Sequence record: SRR2962707_2796
DNA: 46,160 nucleotides
Direction: 5' to 3' (one strand)
This document shows, one piece after another, positions 19,356 through 28,172 of the stretch. A model generated the notes under the pieces. That model worked only from the letters and a program-made list of their open reading frames with translations. It made no database searches and was not told where the DNA came from. The translations under genes were made by a program, and so were the position numbers. Position 1 is the stretch's first letter, and every line of letters begins with the position of its first letter.

Positions 19356-20218
19356 TGGAATGGATTAATGCCATTGTGCAAGGCATCATGTTGGGCGGGC
19401 TTTATGCCCTTTTTGCTGCCGGGTTGTCTTTGATGTTCGGCGTGATGCGCTTTGTTAATCTGGCACATGGTGACTTTATCGTTGCAGGCGCGTTTGGCGC
19501 GATGGTGCTGGTACAGCTATTGGGCCTGCATCCGCTAATGACGCTGGCGGTTGTTTTGCCCGTCATGGCTGGGTTCGGCTATCTGGGGCAACGCGTGGTG
19601 CTGAACCGGGTGGTTGGGCGGGACATTTTACCCTCGATCATGGTGACATTTGGGTTTTCGGTAATCTTACAAAACCTGATGTTGGAACAGTTTAGCGCGG
19701 ATAGTCAAAGGCTTAGCGCCGGGGCGTTGGATACGGCGTCATTCGGACTTGGCGCTTTGTCGATCGGCGCGGTGCCGTTGTTAATGTTTGGCGCGGCGGT
19801 TGTGGTTCTGGGCGGGCTGAATTGGTTCTTTGGCCATACCAACACGGGCCGGTTGTTGCGGGCCGCGTCGGATGATGGGGACATTATCGGGTTGATGGGC
19901 GCGGACCGTCGCCATTTATTCGCGATTGCCACAGCCTTGGCCAGCGCCGTTGTCGCCATTGCCGGTGTGCTGATGGCGGTAAAGACCAACTTTGATCCGT
20001 CCGCTGGGCCGATCAGGCTGCTGTTTGCCTTCGAAGCGGTCATCATTGGCGGCTTGGGCAGTCTTTGGGGCACCTTGGCCGGTGGGATCATCTTGGGTGT
20101 GTCGCAAGGGATCGGTGCACAAATCGATCCGGGTTTGCAGATATTAGCGGGTCACATCGTGTTTTTGATCATTCTTGTGGTCCGGCCTCAGGGCTTGTTC
20201 CCAAAGCAAAGAGGATAG
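19355..20218 (+). CDS. ABC transporter permease (LivH-like)
   Basis: GLSLMFGVMRFVNLAHG, IIGGLGS, RPQGLF. Confidence 0.92.
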   Translation: MEWINAIVQGIMLGGLYALFAAGLSLMFGVMRFVNLAHGDFIVAGAFGAMVLVQLLGLHPLMTLAVVLPVMAGFGYLGQRVVLNRVVGRDILPSIMVTFGFSVILQNLMLEQFSADSQRLSAGALDTASFGLGALSIGAVPLLMFGAAVVVLGGLNWFFGHTNTGRLLRAASDDGDIIGLMGADRRHLFAIATALASAVVAIAGVLMAVKTNFDPSAGPIRLLFAFEAVIIGGLGSLWGTLAGGIILGVSQGIGAQIDPGLQILAGHIVFLIILVVRPQGLFPKQRG

Positions 20219-20219
20219 G

Positions 20220-21248
20220 ATGATGCGGATATCAAACGGAGACATTTTACGCATCGGGCTGTTGTCCATCGTCTTGTTTGGACTTGCTGCCGGACCCTTC
20301 TGGGCGGATCGAGGCACAATGCGTTTGCTGATCGAGGCTTTCTATTTTCTGGCCTTGGCGCAGCTTTGGAACCTGCTTGCTGGGTATTCCGGGCTGATCT
20401 CGGTCGGACAACAGGCCTTTGTCGGCCTCGGTGGCTATTTGTTGTTTACCTTGACCATGTTTGCAGGCTTGCCGGTTCTTGTGGCGCTGCCTGTGGCGGG
20501 GGTCCTGACAGGCCTAGTGGCCTGGCCCACAGCGATGGTGGCCTTTCGGTTGACGGGTCCGCATTTCGCGATTGGCACATGGGTGATCGCTGAGGTCTTT
20601 CGGCTAAGTTTTGCGCAGATCAGCAGCCTTGGCGGTGGGTCCGGTATTTCACTGCCCACAGACATCGTACGGAACATGGCCGATGGCCGCGCCGCACGGG
20701 AAAGCCTGACTTATTGGGTGGCGTTGGCCATGGTGCTAGTGGTGGTGCTGGGCATTTGGGTCCTGATGCGATCCCGCATTGGCTTGGGCCTTGGCGCCAT
20801 TCGCGACAACGAAGAAGCCGCAACAAGCGTTGGCGTCCGCACGTCGCGCCTGAAGTTCGGGATCTTTGTTGGTGTTGCGGCAATGACGGGCATGATCGGC
20901 GCGCTGATCTTCCTGCAAAAACTGCGCATAACACCCGAAGCCGCCTTCAGTGTGAATGAGTGGTCCGTCCTTGTGATCTTTATTGTCGTGATCGGCGGCA
21001 TAGGGTCGCTCGAAGGGCCGATCCTTGGTTGTATCCTATTCTTCGTTCTGCGCGAGTTTTTGGCCGATCTAGGCAGTTGGTATATGATCATCCTTGGGGC
21101 CATATCGGTTGGCATCATGCTACTGGAGCCTCGCGGTCTTTGGGGAATGCTGAATAGATGGCGACCGATGACGCTCTTTCCCACAGCGCAACGGGTTCCA
21201 GCAAGATCTGAACAGATTTCCATTTTGACCGCCCCGAGGACGCCATGA
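20220..21248 (+). CDS. ABC transporter permease (LivM-like)
   Basis: WNLLAGYSGLISVGQQAF, AIRDNEEAA, IGGIGS..GP. Confidence 0.92.
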   Translation: MMRISNGDILRIGLLSIVLFGLAAGPFWADRGTMRLLIEAFYFLALAQLWNLLAGYSGLISVGQQAFVGLGGYLLFTLTMFAGLPVLVALPVAGVLTGLVAWPTAMVAFRLTGPHFAIGTWVIAEVFRLSFAQISSLGGGSGISLPTDIVRNMADGRAARESLTYWVALAMVLVVVLGIWVLMRSRIGLGLGAIRDNEEAATSVGVRTSRLKFGIFVGVAAMTGMIGALIFLQKLRITPEAAFSVNEWSVLVIFIVVIGGIGSLEGPILGCILFFVLREFLADLGSWYMIILGAISVGIMLLEPRGLWGMLNRWRPMTLFPTAQRVPARSEQISILTAPRTP

Positions 21249-22072
21249 CAAAACCTTGTATCATTTGTGTCGCGATCACTGGGTCGTTGCCGACAAAGGC
21301 CAACAATCCCGCCGTTCCGGTAACGATTTCAGAGCAGATCGAAAGCACACAAGCTGCTTTTGAATGTGGCGCCAGCATTGTGCACGCCCACGTTCGAACC
21401 GACGGCGGGGCGCCAACCTCTGATCCATACCGGTTTGCGCGGCTCTTGGAAGGGCTGCGGAAATACTGTCCCGGGATGATCCTACAGTTTTCAACCGGCG
21501 GTCGGTCGGGGGCTGAGCGTGAACGGGGCGGAATGCTTTCGCTTCAGCCGGATATGGCGTCGCTCGCAGTGGGATCCAACAATTTCCCAAATCGCGTTTA
21601 CGACAATTCGCCGGATCTGGTCGATTGGTTGGCCAGCGAAATGAAAACCTACCATATCAAACCCGAGATTGAGGCGTTTGATCTGTCCCATATCCATCAG
21701 GCTGTGGCCATGAACAAAGATGGCCGCATTCCCGGCAAACTGTATGTTCAGTTCGTTATGGGCGTGAAAAACGCGATGCCGGTTGATCGGGACGTTTTTG
21801 ATTATTACAGGCGGACAATGGCGCGTCTTGCCCCAGATGCGGAATGGTGCGCGGCGGGGATAGGTCAGCACCAACTTACCGTCAACGAATGGTGCGTGGC
21901 GAACAACGGACACACGAGAACCGGACTTGAGGACAATGTTCGGCTAGACCGAAATACCCTTGCACCGTCTAACGCCGCACTGGTCCGCCGAGTTGTCGAT
22001 CTTTGCAACACTTACGAGCGGCCCGTGGCCACATGGCAGCAGGCGAGAGAGATCTTGGACCTGCCGCTTTAA
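21245..22072 (+). CDS. Beta-keto acid cleavage enzyme (BKACE/DUF849, 3-keto-5-aminohexanoate cleavage family)
   Basis: ATGA overlap; CVAITGS.P.K..NPAVP, H.HVR zinc motif, STGG, KPEIE.FD, RTGLEDN. Confidence 0.92.
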   Translation: MTKPCIICVAITGSLPTKANNPAVPVTISEQIESTQAAFECGASIVHAHVRTDGGAPTSDPYRFARLLEGLRKYCPGMILQFSTGGRSGAERERGGMLSLQPDMASLAVGSNNFPNRVYDNSPDLVDWLASEMKTYHIKPEIEAFDLSHIHQAVAMNKDGRIPGKLYVQFVMGVKNAMPVDRDVFDYYRRTMARLAPDAEWCAAGIGQHQLTVNEWCVANNGHTRTGLEDNVRLDRNTLAPSNAALVRRVVDLCNTYERPVATWQQAREILDLPL

Positions 22073-22145
22073 CGCAGTTTGTTGGTTCGACTTTTTCTCA
22101 ACGAAGTGATTTTGCCGGAAAGTCGAGGTTCGATTCATTGAACTG

Positions 22146-22185
22146 ACAGGCGCTGCTCGCTGTTCTAGAAGCGGGCAGCGCCTGT
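22146..22185. terminator. Long hairpin between the convergent BKACE and TetR genes, probable bidirectional terminator
   Basis: ACAGGCGCTGCTCGCT-N8-AGCGGGCAGCGCCTGT, a 16-bp stem with one G-U pair. Confidence 0.65.
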
Positions 22186-22239
22186 TTCGGGTGGTCGACT
22201 TTCAGGCCTAGAATAGAGTGTGCCGCCGAACGCCCAAGG

Positions 22240-22833
22240 CTAGCAATAAGCGGCCAGGATCGTCGAGACCGCGCGCGAGACACGCCGATCAACGTCTTCA
22301 TAGGCGACATTCGTCACGCCAAACTGTACGCGGACCACACCGAAACCTTCGAAAAGAGAGATCATATCCTCTGCAACCTCAAGGGGATCGATTTTTTTGC
22401 TTAGGAGACCATTTTCCTCCGCTCGGGAAAACAATGCGGCCAGATCGTTTTGGCTCAGAACAAATGCAGCCTTATAAAAGGTTTGGCCTATTTCTGGGTT
22501 TTTCCGTGCGGATTCATGCATCAAGCAGGAAAACTTAAGTGTTTCTGGCTCGTTCAGGAATTTCAGAAGTTTTTGCCCATATTGAGTAAGAGCGTTGCGC
22601 AGGTCATCCTGTGTTTCAACCGATGGTGGCACGGTTTCACGAAATTTGTCGACTTCGCGTTCAGTGACACATCGCAAAACATCCGTCATATTGTCAAAAA
22701 TCCGATAGATGCTGGCCTTAGAGACCGAGGCTTCCTTCGCCAACAAGTCCGTTGAAACGTTTTCGAAGCCTCGTTCGAAGAATAGCCGCCGTGCGGCCGA
22801 GAGAATGCGCTGTTCTGAAGAAATCTTGTTCAT
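22240..22833 (-). CDS. TetR/AcrR-family regulator
   Basis: ILSAARRLFFERGFENVSTDLLAKEASVSKASIY HTH; divergent from the RND pump. Confidence 0.92.
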   Translation of the reverse strand: MNKISSEQRILSAARRLFFERGFENVSTDLLAKEASVSKASIYRIFDNMTDVLRCVTEREVDKFRETVPPSVETQDDLRNALTQYGQKLLKFLNEPETLKFSCLMHESARKNPEIGQTFYKAAFVLSQNDLAALFSRAEENGLLSKKIDPLEVAEDMISLFEGFGVVRVQFGVTNVAYEDVDRRVSRAVSTILAAYC

Positions 22834-22867
22834 TCTCTATACGTAGCGCGACCCAATGAAAAAGAAA

Positions 22868-22883
22868 AGTACTGATCAGTACT
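22868..22883. promoter_or_regulatory. TetR operator 1 (perfect palindrome AGTACTGATCAGTACT)
   Basis: 16-bp perfect palindrome in the tetR/RND divergent spacer. Confidence 0.75.
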
Positions 22884-22915
22884 CTTTGCGCTTGCCTGGG
22901 GGGTTAGAAAGAGTA

Positions 22916-22931
22916 AGTACTGAGCGGTACT
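22916..22931. promoter_or_regulatory. TetR operator 2 (AGTACTGAGCGGTACT)
   Basis: 14/16 match to operator 1, just upstream of the adaptor start. Confidence 0.7.
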
Positions 22932-22947
22932 CAATGGATTCGCTAAT

Positions 22948-24024
22948 ATGAAACTGCTACTAAATCTGCTCTTTTGCCTCGCTTTCCCGGTCGGACTTGC
23001 CGCCCAAAGCGTTGATACTCTTACCCCTTCGGGGGATGTTGCCCCGCTACGGTCGGTCAAATTGATCGAGGCCGGCGGCGAGGCTGCAAAAATTGAACGT
23101 GTTTTTTTTGGGCAAGTGGCTGCCTTGGAAACCGTCGACCTTTCGTTCGAAGTCGGAGGGCGGATGACAATGTTTGACGCGAAAGAAGGCGAGTTTCTTG
23201 ACGCGGGCGTTCAGATCGCCGGGCTGGACCTGGCGCCTTTCGAACGCGCGGTTGAACGGGCCACCCTTCAGTTGAACCAGACAGACCGGGATTTTGCGCG
23301 TTCGCAGCGCTTGGCCAGATCCAATTCTGTATCAGAAACCCAAGCTGAAAACGCCGAAACGGCGCGCGACTTAGCGGCGGTTTCTTTGAAAGAAGCGCGC
23401 GACGCCTATGAGGATGCAAAACTGGTCACCCCATTTCGGGCATTAGTGGCCTCGCGGCTCACTCCGAACTTTGCCAATGTATCACCGGGTCAACCGATCG
23501 TCCGGCTGCACGACATGTCTGAGGTCCGGGTGGAAATCGACGTGCCTGAGCAGCTCTTTCAGCAATTCTCTCGCACGTCCGATATTAGTTTCGTCGGAGA
23601 GTCGGTCCTATTTGACAACGAGGTGCCGCTTGAGTTGCGCGAGTTCAATGCCGAAACCCAAAGCATCGGACAGAGTTACCGGGTGACCTTTGCGTTGCCT
23701 GACGACCTCGCGAGCGCGGCCCTTATTCCCGGAGCGTCGATGACAGTAACTGCGCGGTTGAACAATTCCGATCAAAGCGCCGTCGCCCTGCCGCCATCCG
23801 CAGTTAACATCCAAGACAATACCGCTCGCGTTATGGTCTATACACCCGATGCATCGGGCACTGAAGGAAGGGTATCCTGGATGCCTGTAGAACTCTCCTC
23901 GCGCAGTGGTACAGATCTCACCGTTTCGGGTTTGACGCCCCAGACCCTGATCGTGGCGGCCGGAACACAAATGCTTCGAGAGGGCCAAATTGTGCGTCCT
24001 TTCACTGGCCTGAATGTAGAGTGA
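22948..24024 (+). CDS. RND efflux periplasmic adaptor (membrane fusion protein)
   Basis: Signal peptide; LSFEVGG, alpha-hairpin, L..PF, V.PGQPIV.L, L.PGAS.TV. Confidence 0.9.
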   Translation: MKLLLNLLFCLAFPVGLAAQSVDTLTPSGDVAPLRSVKLIEAGGEAAKIERVFFGQVAALETVDLSFEVGGRMTMFDAKEGEFLDAGVQIAGLDLAPFERAVERATLQLNQTDRDFARSQRLARSNSVSETQAENAETARDLAAVSLKEARDAYEDAKLVTPFRALVASRLTPNFANVSPGQPIVRLHDMSEVRVEIDVPEQLFQQFSRTSDISFVGESVLFDNEVPLELREFNAETQSIGQSYRVTFALPDDLASAALIPGASMTVTARLNNSDQSAVALPPSAVNIQDNTARVMVYTPDASGTEGRVSWMPVELSSRSGTDLTVSGLTPQTLIVAAGTQMLREGQIVRPFTGLNVE

Positions 24025-24028
24025 CCTT

Positions 24029-27000
24029 ATGAAAATCGCACGCTTTTCAATAGCATATCCAATTTATACTTGGATATTCATTCTCTTTTCGCTGTTCGGT
24101 GGAATCTTTGGTTATCTGTCTGTCGGCAAACTGGAAGATCCGACTTTTACCCTTAAATCGGCGTTGGTGATTACGGCATATCCCGGGGCAACGGCGGCAG
24201 AAGTTGCCACTGAAATCTCTGAAGTGTTAGAGGCCGAAATCCAGCAAATGGATGAGGTAAAGACTGTCACTTCCCGCAACACCCAAGGTGTGTCTGTTAT
24301 CGAGGTTGAAGTCGAAGACCAATATGATGGAACGGAGTTACCACAGGTCTGGGACGACCTGCGAGACCGTGTAGCGGATGCACGCGGTGCGCTTCCGGCG
24401 GGTGCCTTGCCTTCAGCGGTCAATGATGATTTCGGTGATGTATTTGGTATCTTATATGCCGTTGCTGCGCCCGGTTTTTCGGATGCCGAAATCTGGGAGA
24501 TTTCGACATTCATCCGGCGTGACCTTTTGACAGTAGACGGCGTCGCCAATGTTGAAATTCAGGGTCTTCCCGAAGAAGCGATCTTTGTTGAACCAGCGTC
24601 TCAGACAATTTCAGCGTTGGGCATTGATCCGGCTTTGGTCATCGGTGCTATTGGCGCATCGACCGAGATTAATCCCACTGGTTTTGTGAACAATGGCAAC
24701 GCAAATATGCGTGTCGAGGGGCCGACGGCCCAAGACAGCGTCAAGGACATCAGCGCGCTGACCTTTGGTTTTCAGGGGGAAGTGTTAAACTTGCTCGATT
24801 TTGCCTCGGTCAGCCGCGGTCGGGTGGACGAACCTGGCCAGATCCTGCGCCATAACGGGCAAGAAGTTTTTACGCTTGGGGTCTCTGGACTGCCGTCGGA
24901 AAACATCGTGTCTGTGGGTCAACGGGTCGAAGCGCAGCTTAAGAAACTGCAGGGCTTTTTGCCTGTGGGCGTCACCGTAACACCGATTTATGAACAACAC
25001 CGTGTTGTCGATGAAGCCAGCAGCAGTTTTATGGTTTCTTTAGCAATGTCAGTAGGGGTCGTGATCGGTGTTTTGGCGTTGTTCATGGGGCCGCGGGCTG
25101 CGATTGTGGTTGGCGTCTCATTGCTGCTGACGGTCTCTGCCACCTTCTTCTTTATGTATTTGTTTAACGTCAAAGTGGAACGGATCAGCCTTGGTGCAAT
25201 GATTATCGCAATGGGGATGTTGGTGGACAATGCCATCGTGATTGCCGAAGGCATGCAGCAAGACATGGCAAAGGGACAGGCATCGGTTGATGCTGCTGAA
25301 GTCACGGCGCAGAAAACTCAGATCCCTCTGCTTGGGGCAACGATTATCGGTATTATGGCTTTTGCGGGCGTTGGCTTGTCGCCGGATGCCAGCGGCGAAT
25401 TCTTGTTTTCCCTGTTTGCGGTGATCGCGCTGTCGTTGATGTTGTCTTGGCTGGTCGCTGTTACAGTGACGCCGCTGTTAGGGCATTACCTGTTTAAAAA
25501 GGGTGGTCTGGAAGAAGGCGACAGCGGATATAATGGCCCTGTCTTCCGTGGCTATGGTTGGATCGTTCGCATGGCTTTACGGTTGCGCTGGCTGGTCATT
25601 ATTGGCCTGATCGGGACTACAGTGGTCTGTGTGATGGCCTTTGGTCAGGTCAAGCAGCAGTTCTTTCCCCCCGCGAGCACGCCTTTGTTTTATCTGGAGT
25701 ATAAGGGCGCACAGGGCACAGCGATTGAAACGACGTCCAAGGATGTTCGAGTCGTGGAAAACTGGTTGCTGGAACGCGACGATGTAGAAGCCGTAACATC
25801 CACGATCGGGCAGGGGTTGTCGCGCTACATCCTCACCTACACACCGGGTGGGCGGGATAGCTCATACGCCCAGCTGATTATTCGGGCCACTTCTGCTGAG
25901 GTAATCCCGGCGTTGCGCGCAGAGCTTGATCAGTTTGTGGTCAAGGTACTGCCCTGGGCAGAACTGCAATCCAAACGTGTGATTTTCGGACCTCCTGTGA
26001 ACTCTGATGTAGAGGTACGGTTTTCTGGCGCCGATCCAGAAGTGTTAAGGGATTTAGCCACGCAAGCGCTGGGTATTTTCCAGGACGCCACGCCTAATCT
26101 CCACTCAGAACACCATGATTGGGGAGAAAAGGAAATCATAACCCGGCCCATCTATGCCGAGGATCGGGCTCAGGCGGCAGGTATTGGGCGGAGCAATGTT
26201 GCGGATTCCATTGCGCTTGCGACCAACGGCATCGCTGCGGGGACCTATCGGGAACGAGATCGTCTTATCGACATTGTTGTGCGAACCCCGCGTTCCGAAG
26301 TCGCCCGCGATGGTCAGTTGTTGGATCAGATCGTGTATTCCTCCGCGATTGGGGGGTACTTACCGCTCAGTCAGGTGATCGACGGGTTTGAGGTTGTAGC
26401 TGAAAATGCTGTGATAGAACGGCGCAATCGTGTTCAAACGATTACTGTGCAAGCCAATGTCATCGATGGCCTGACAGCGCCGGGCACTTTTTCTGAGGTT
26501 CGCCCCTTGATCGAAGCGATTGATGTGCCGCCGGGGTACAACATGGAATGGGGGGGCGAGTTCGAAAGTGCGGGCAACGCTCAGGCGTCCTTGGGACGTC
26601 AAATGCCCATTAGTTTCGGCACGATGCTCATCATCACCATACTTCTTTTCGGGAAGCTGCGTCAGACGGCGGTCATCTGGACAATTGTCCCGATGGCGAT
26701 CAATGGCGTTGCCCTTGGATTGCTGTTCTCGGGCTTGGCCTTTAGTTTTACTGCCTTGCTGGGTCTGTTGTCCTTGTCCGGTATGTTGATCAAGAATGCC
26801 ATTGTTCTGGTAGAAGAGATTGATGCGCAAAAAGACGAAGGGCTGCCACAAGACCAAGCGATTATCATTGCCAGTGTCAGTCGTCTAAGGCCGGTCGTCT
26901 TGGCCGCTGTCACCACGATCCTGGGGATGATCCCATTGCTGGGAGACTCTTTCTTTGCCGCCATGGCCGTAACAATTATGGGTGGTTTGGGTTTTGCTTC

Positions 27001-27100
27001 GATCCTGACTTTGATCGGCGTTCCGGTGCTGTACCACACTTACCTTGGCAAAGAGCGGCGCGCTGATCGGCGTGCGCAATTGGCAACGGCCGCAGCTTAA
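24029..27100 (+). CDS. RND efflux permease (AcrB/AcrD/AcrF family)
   Basis: 1023 aa; EDP.F, YPGA, GMLVDNAIV, KNAIVL, RLRPV. Confidence 0.95.
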   Translation: MKIARFSIAYPIYTWIFILFSLFGGIFGYLSVGKLEDPTFTLKSALVITAYPGATAAEVATEISEVLEAEIQQMDEVKTVTSRNTQGVSVIEVEVEDQYDGTELPQVWDDLRDRVADARGALPAGALPSAVNDDFGDVFGILYAVAAPGFSDAEIWEISTFIRRDLLTVDGVANVEIQGLPEEAIFVEPASQTISALGIDPALVIGAIGASTEINPTGFVNNGNANMRVEGPTAQDSVKDISALTFGFQGEVLNLLDFASVSRGRVDEPGQILRHNGQEVFTLGVSGLPSENIVSVGQRVEAQLKKLQGFLPVGVTVTPIYEQHRVVDEASSSFMVSLAMSVGVVIGVLALFMGPRAAIVVGVSLLLTVSATFFFMYLFNVKVERISLGAMIIAMGMLVDNAIVIAEGMQQDMAKGQASVDAAEVTAQKTQIPLLGATIIGIMAFAGVGLSPDASGEFLFSLFAVIALSLMLSWLVAVTVTPLLGHYLFKKGGLEEGDSGYNGPVFRGYGWIVRMALRLRWLVIIGLIGTTVVCVMAFGQVKQQFFPPASTPLFYLEYKGAQGTAIETTSKDVRVVENWLLERDDVEAVTSTIGQGLSRYILTYTPGGRDSSYAQLIIRATSAEVIPALRAELDQFVVKVLPWAELQSKRVIFGPPVNSDVEVRFSGADPEVLRDLATQALGIFQDATPNLHSEHHDWGEKEIITRPIYAEDRAQAAGIGRSNVADSIALATNGIAAGTYRERDRLIDIVVRTPRSEVARDGQLLDQIVYSSAIGGYLPLSQVIDGFEVVAENAVIERRNRVQTITVQANVIDGLTAPGTFSEVRPLIEAIDVPPGYNMEWGGEFESAGNAQASLGRQMPISFGTMLIITILLFGKLRQTAVIWTIVPMAINGVALGLLFSGLAFSFTALLGLLSLSGMLIKNAIVLVEEIDAQKDEGLPQDQAIIIASVSRLRPVVLAAVTTILGMIPLLGDSFFAAMAVTIMGGLGFASILTLIGVPVLYHTYLGKERRADRRAQLATAAA

Positions 27101-27136
27101 ACGCTGCCAGCCCCATCTTGGGCTAAATCAAAAGAC

Positions 27137-27160
27137 CTCTCGGCGTTGCGACGCCGGGAG
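27137..27160 (+). terminator. Hairpin downstream of the RND operon
   Basis: CTCTCGGCGT-TGCG-ACGCCGGGAG; no clear U tract. Confidence 0.5.
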
Positions 27161-27627
27161 ACATCCTTGGAATAATAAACTCAGCATTGAGAATATTCCG
27201 ACTTCCTGCATCGCAGTATCATCCGCGATTAGCACGTATTTCCATTCCAACTGAACCCGCCAAAGGCTGCTGGAAACCTCTTGCGAATCGCGTGTAGGTT
27301 ACAAGTTATTCGAATTTTGAAGTGTCGAAGGGCGTTCTTGAACGCCACAGTTTTCCGCATTGATTGATTTTCGACGTGAATCTCATGGTCCGAAAATGGT
27401 CCGCGAAAGCAAAGCCTATATGGTGATGACACAGGCTTGCCTCAGGTCAGAAGTTTACGTTAGTCGTGACATCGCTCCAATAATATTCATTTAATACGTT
27501 GATAGAAAAAGCGTTTTCAATGCGCGGCCTTTCTAAAGCCTAGAGTTGAATTAGTGCATTCTTTGCCGAGAATCTTTGTCGGCAAAGGTGGGTCAACGAC
27601 GTTGAGTGGACGCGAATCATCTAAAAA

Positions 27628-27695
27628 TGAACAATGTTCACAAATTCCGTTGACGTCACAGGGTGCGCCATCTATCAAAGCATGAACATTGTTCA
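27628..27695 (+). promoter_or_regulatory. Sigma70-like promoter (TTGACG 27650-27655, N17, TATCAA) bracketed by two TGAACAWTGTTCA palindromes
   Basis: TGAACAATGTTCA at 27628-27640 and TGAACATTGTTCA at 27683-27695; GGAGG RBS follows. Confidence 0.7.
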
Positions 27696-27711
27696 CATTT
27701 TGGAGGTCATC

Positions 27712-28020
27712 ATGAAGACGGTCGTTACACTAGCAAAAGCAAACAGCTCAAACTCCAAGCCCAAAAGGGGGTCTCAAACATTCGGCGGTGGCAAGATTTT
27801 TCGGATGACGGGCGTGCTTTGTGTCGTGGCCATTATGGGGACATTGCTTTTCGCCGGTTGGAAGGCTGATGTCGTAGAACGGGTGACGCAACCGTCTATG
27901 GAGTTCGGACTTGCGTTTGAAAAGCTGACCAGCGTCTTCACGGAATGCTTTTTGCCCACTGACCGGTCTGTCTATGCTTCGGGATTTGCTGATCGGGGCG
28001 GAAAGTGTCGCCTGACCTAA
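27712..28020 (+). CDS. Hypothetical single-pass membrane protein, possibly a truncated remnant
   Basis: GGAGG RBS before ATG 27712; basic N-terminus then hydrophobic GVLCVVAIMGTLLFAGW; no recognisable family. Confidence 0.5.
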   Translation: MKTVVTLAKANSSNSKPKRGSQTFGGGKIFRMTGVLCVVAIMGTLLFAGWKADVVERVTQPSMEFGLAFEKLTSVFTECFLPTDRSVYASGFADRGGKCRLT

Positions 28021-28172
28021 AGTTTGTCACCGTCAAAGGGTTGGCGATTTCGCCGACAAATTCACACCGTTTAGGGTAACAAGAGAAGATAATGCGGTGC
28101 AAAGCCGCGATCAAAGTTCTTTTTTCTTACCGAATTCTAATGATTTACCATTCCAAAGGCCAGGGACAAGAT

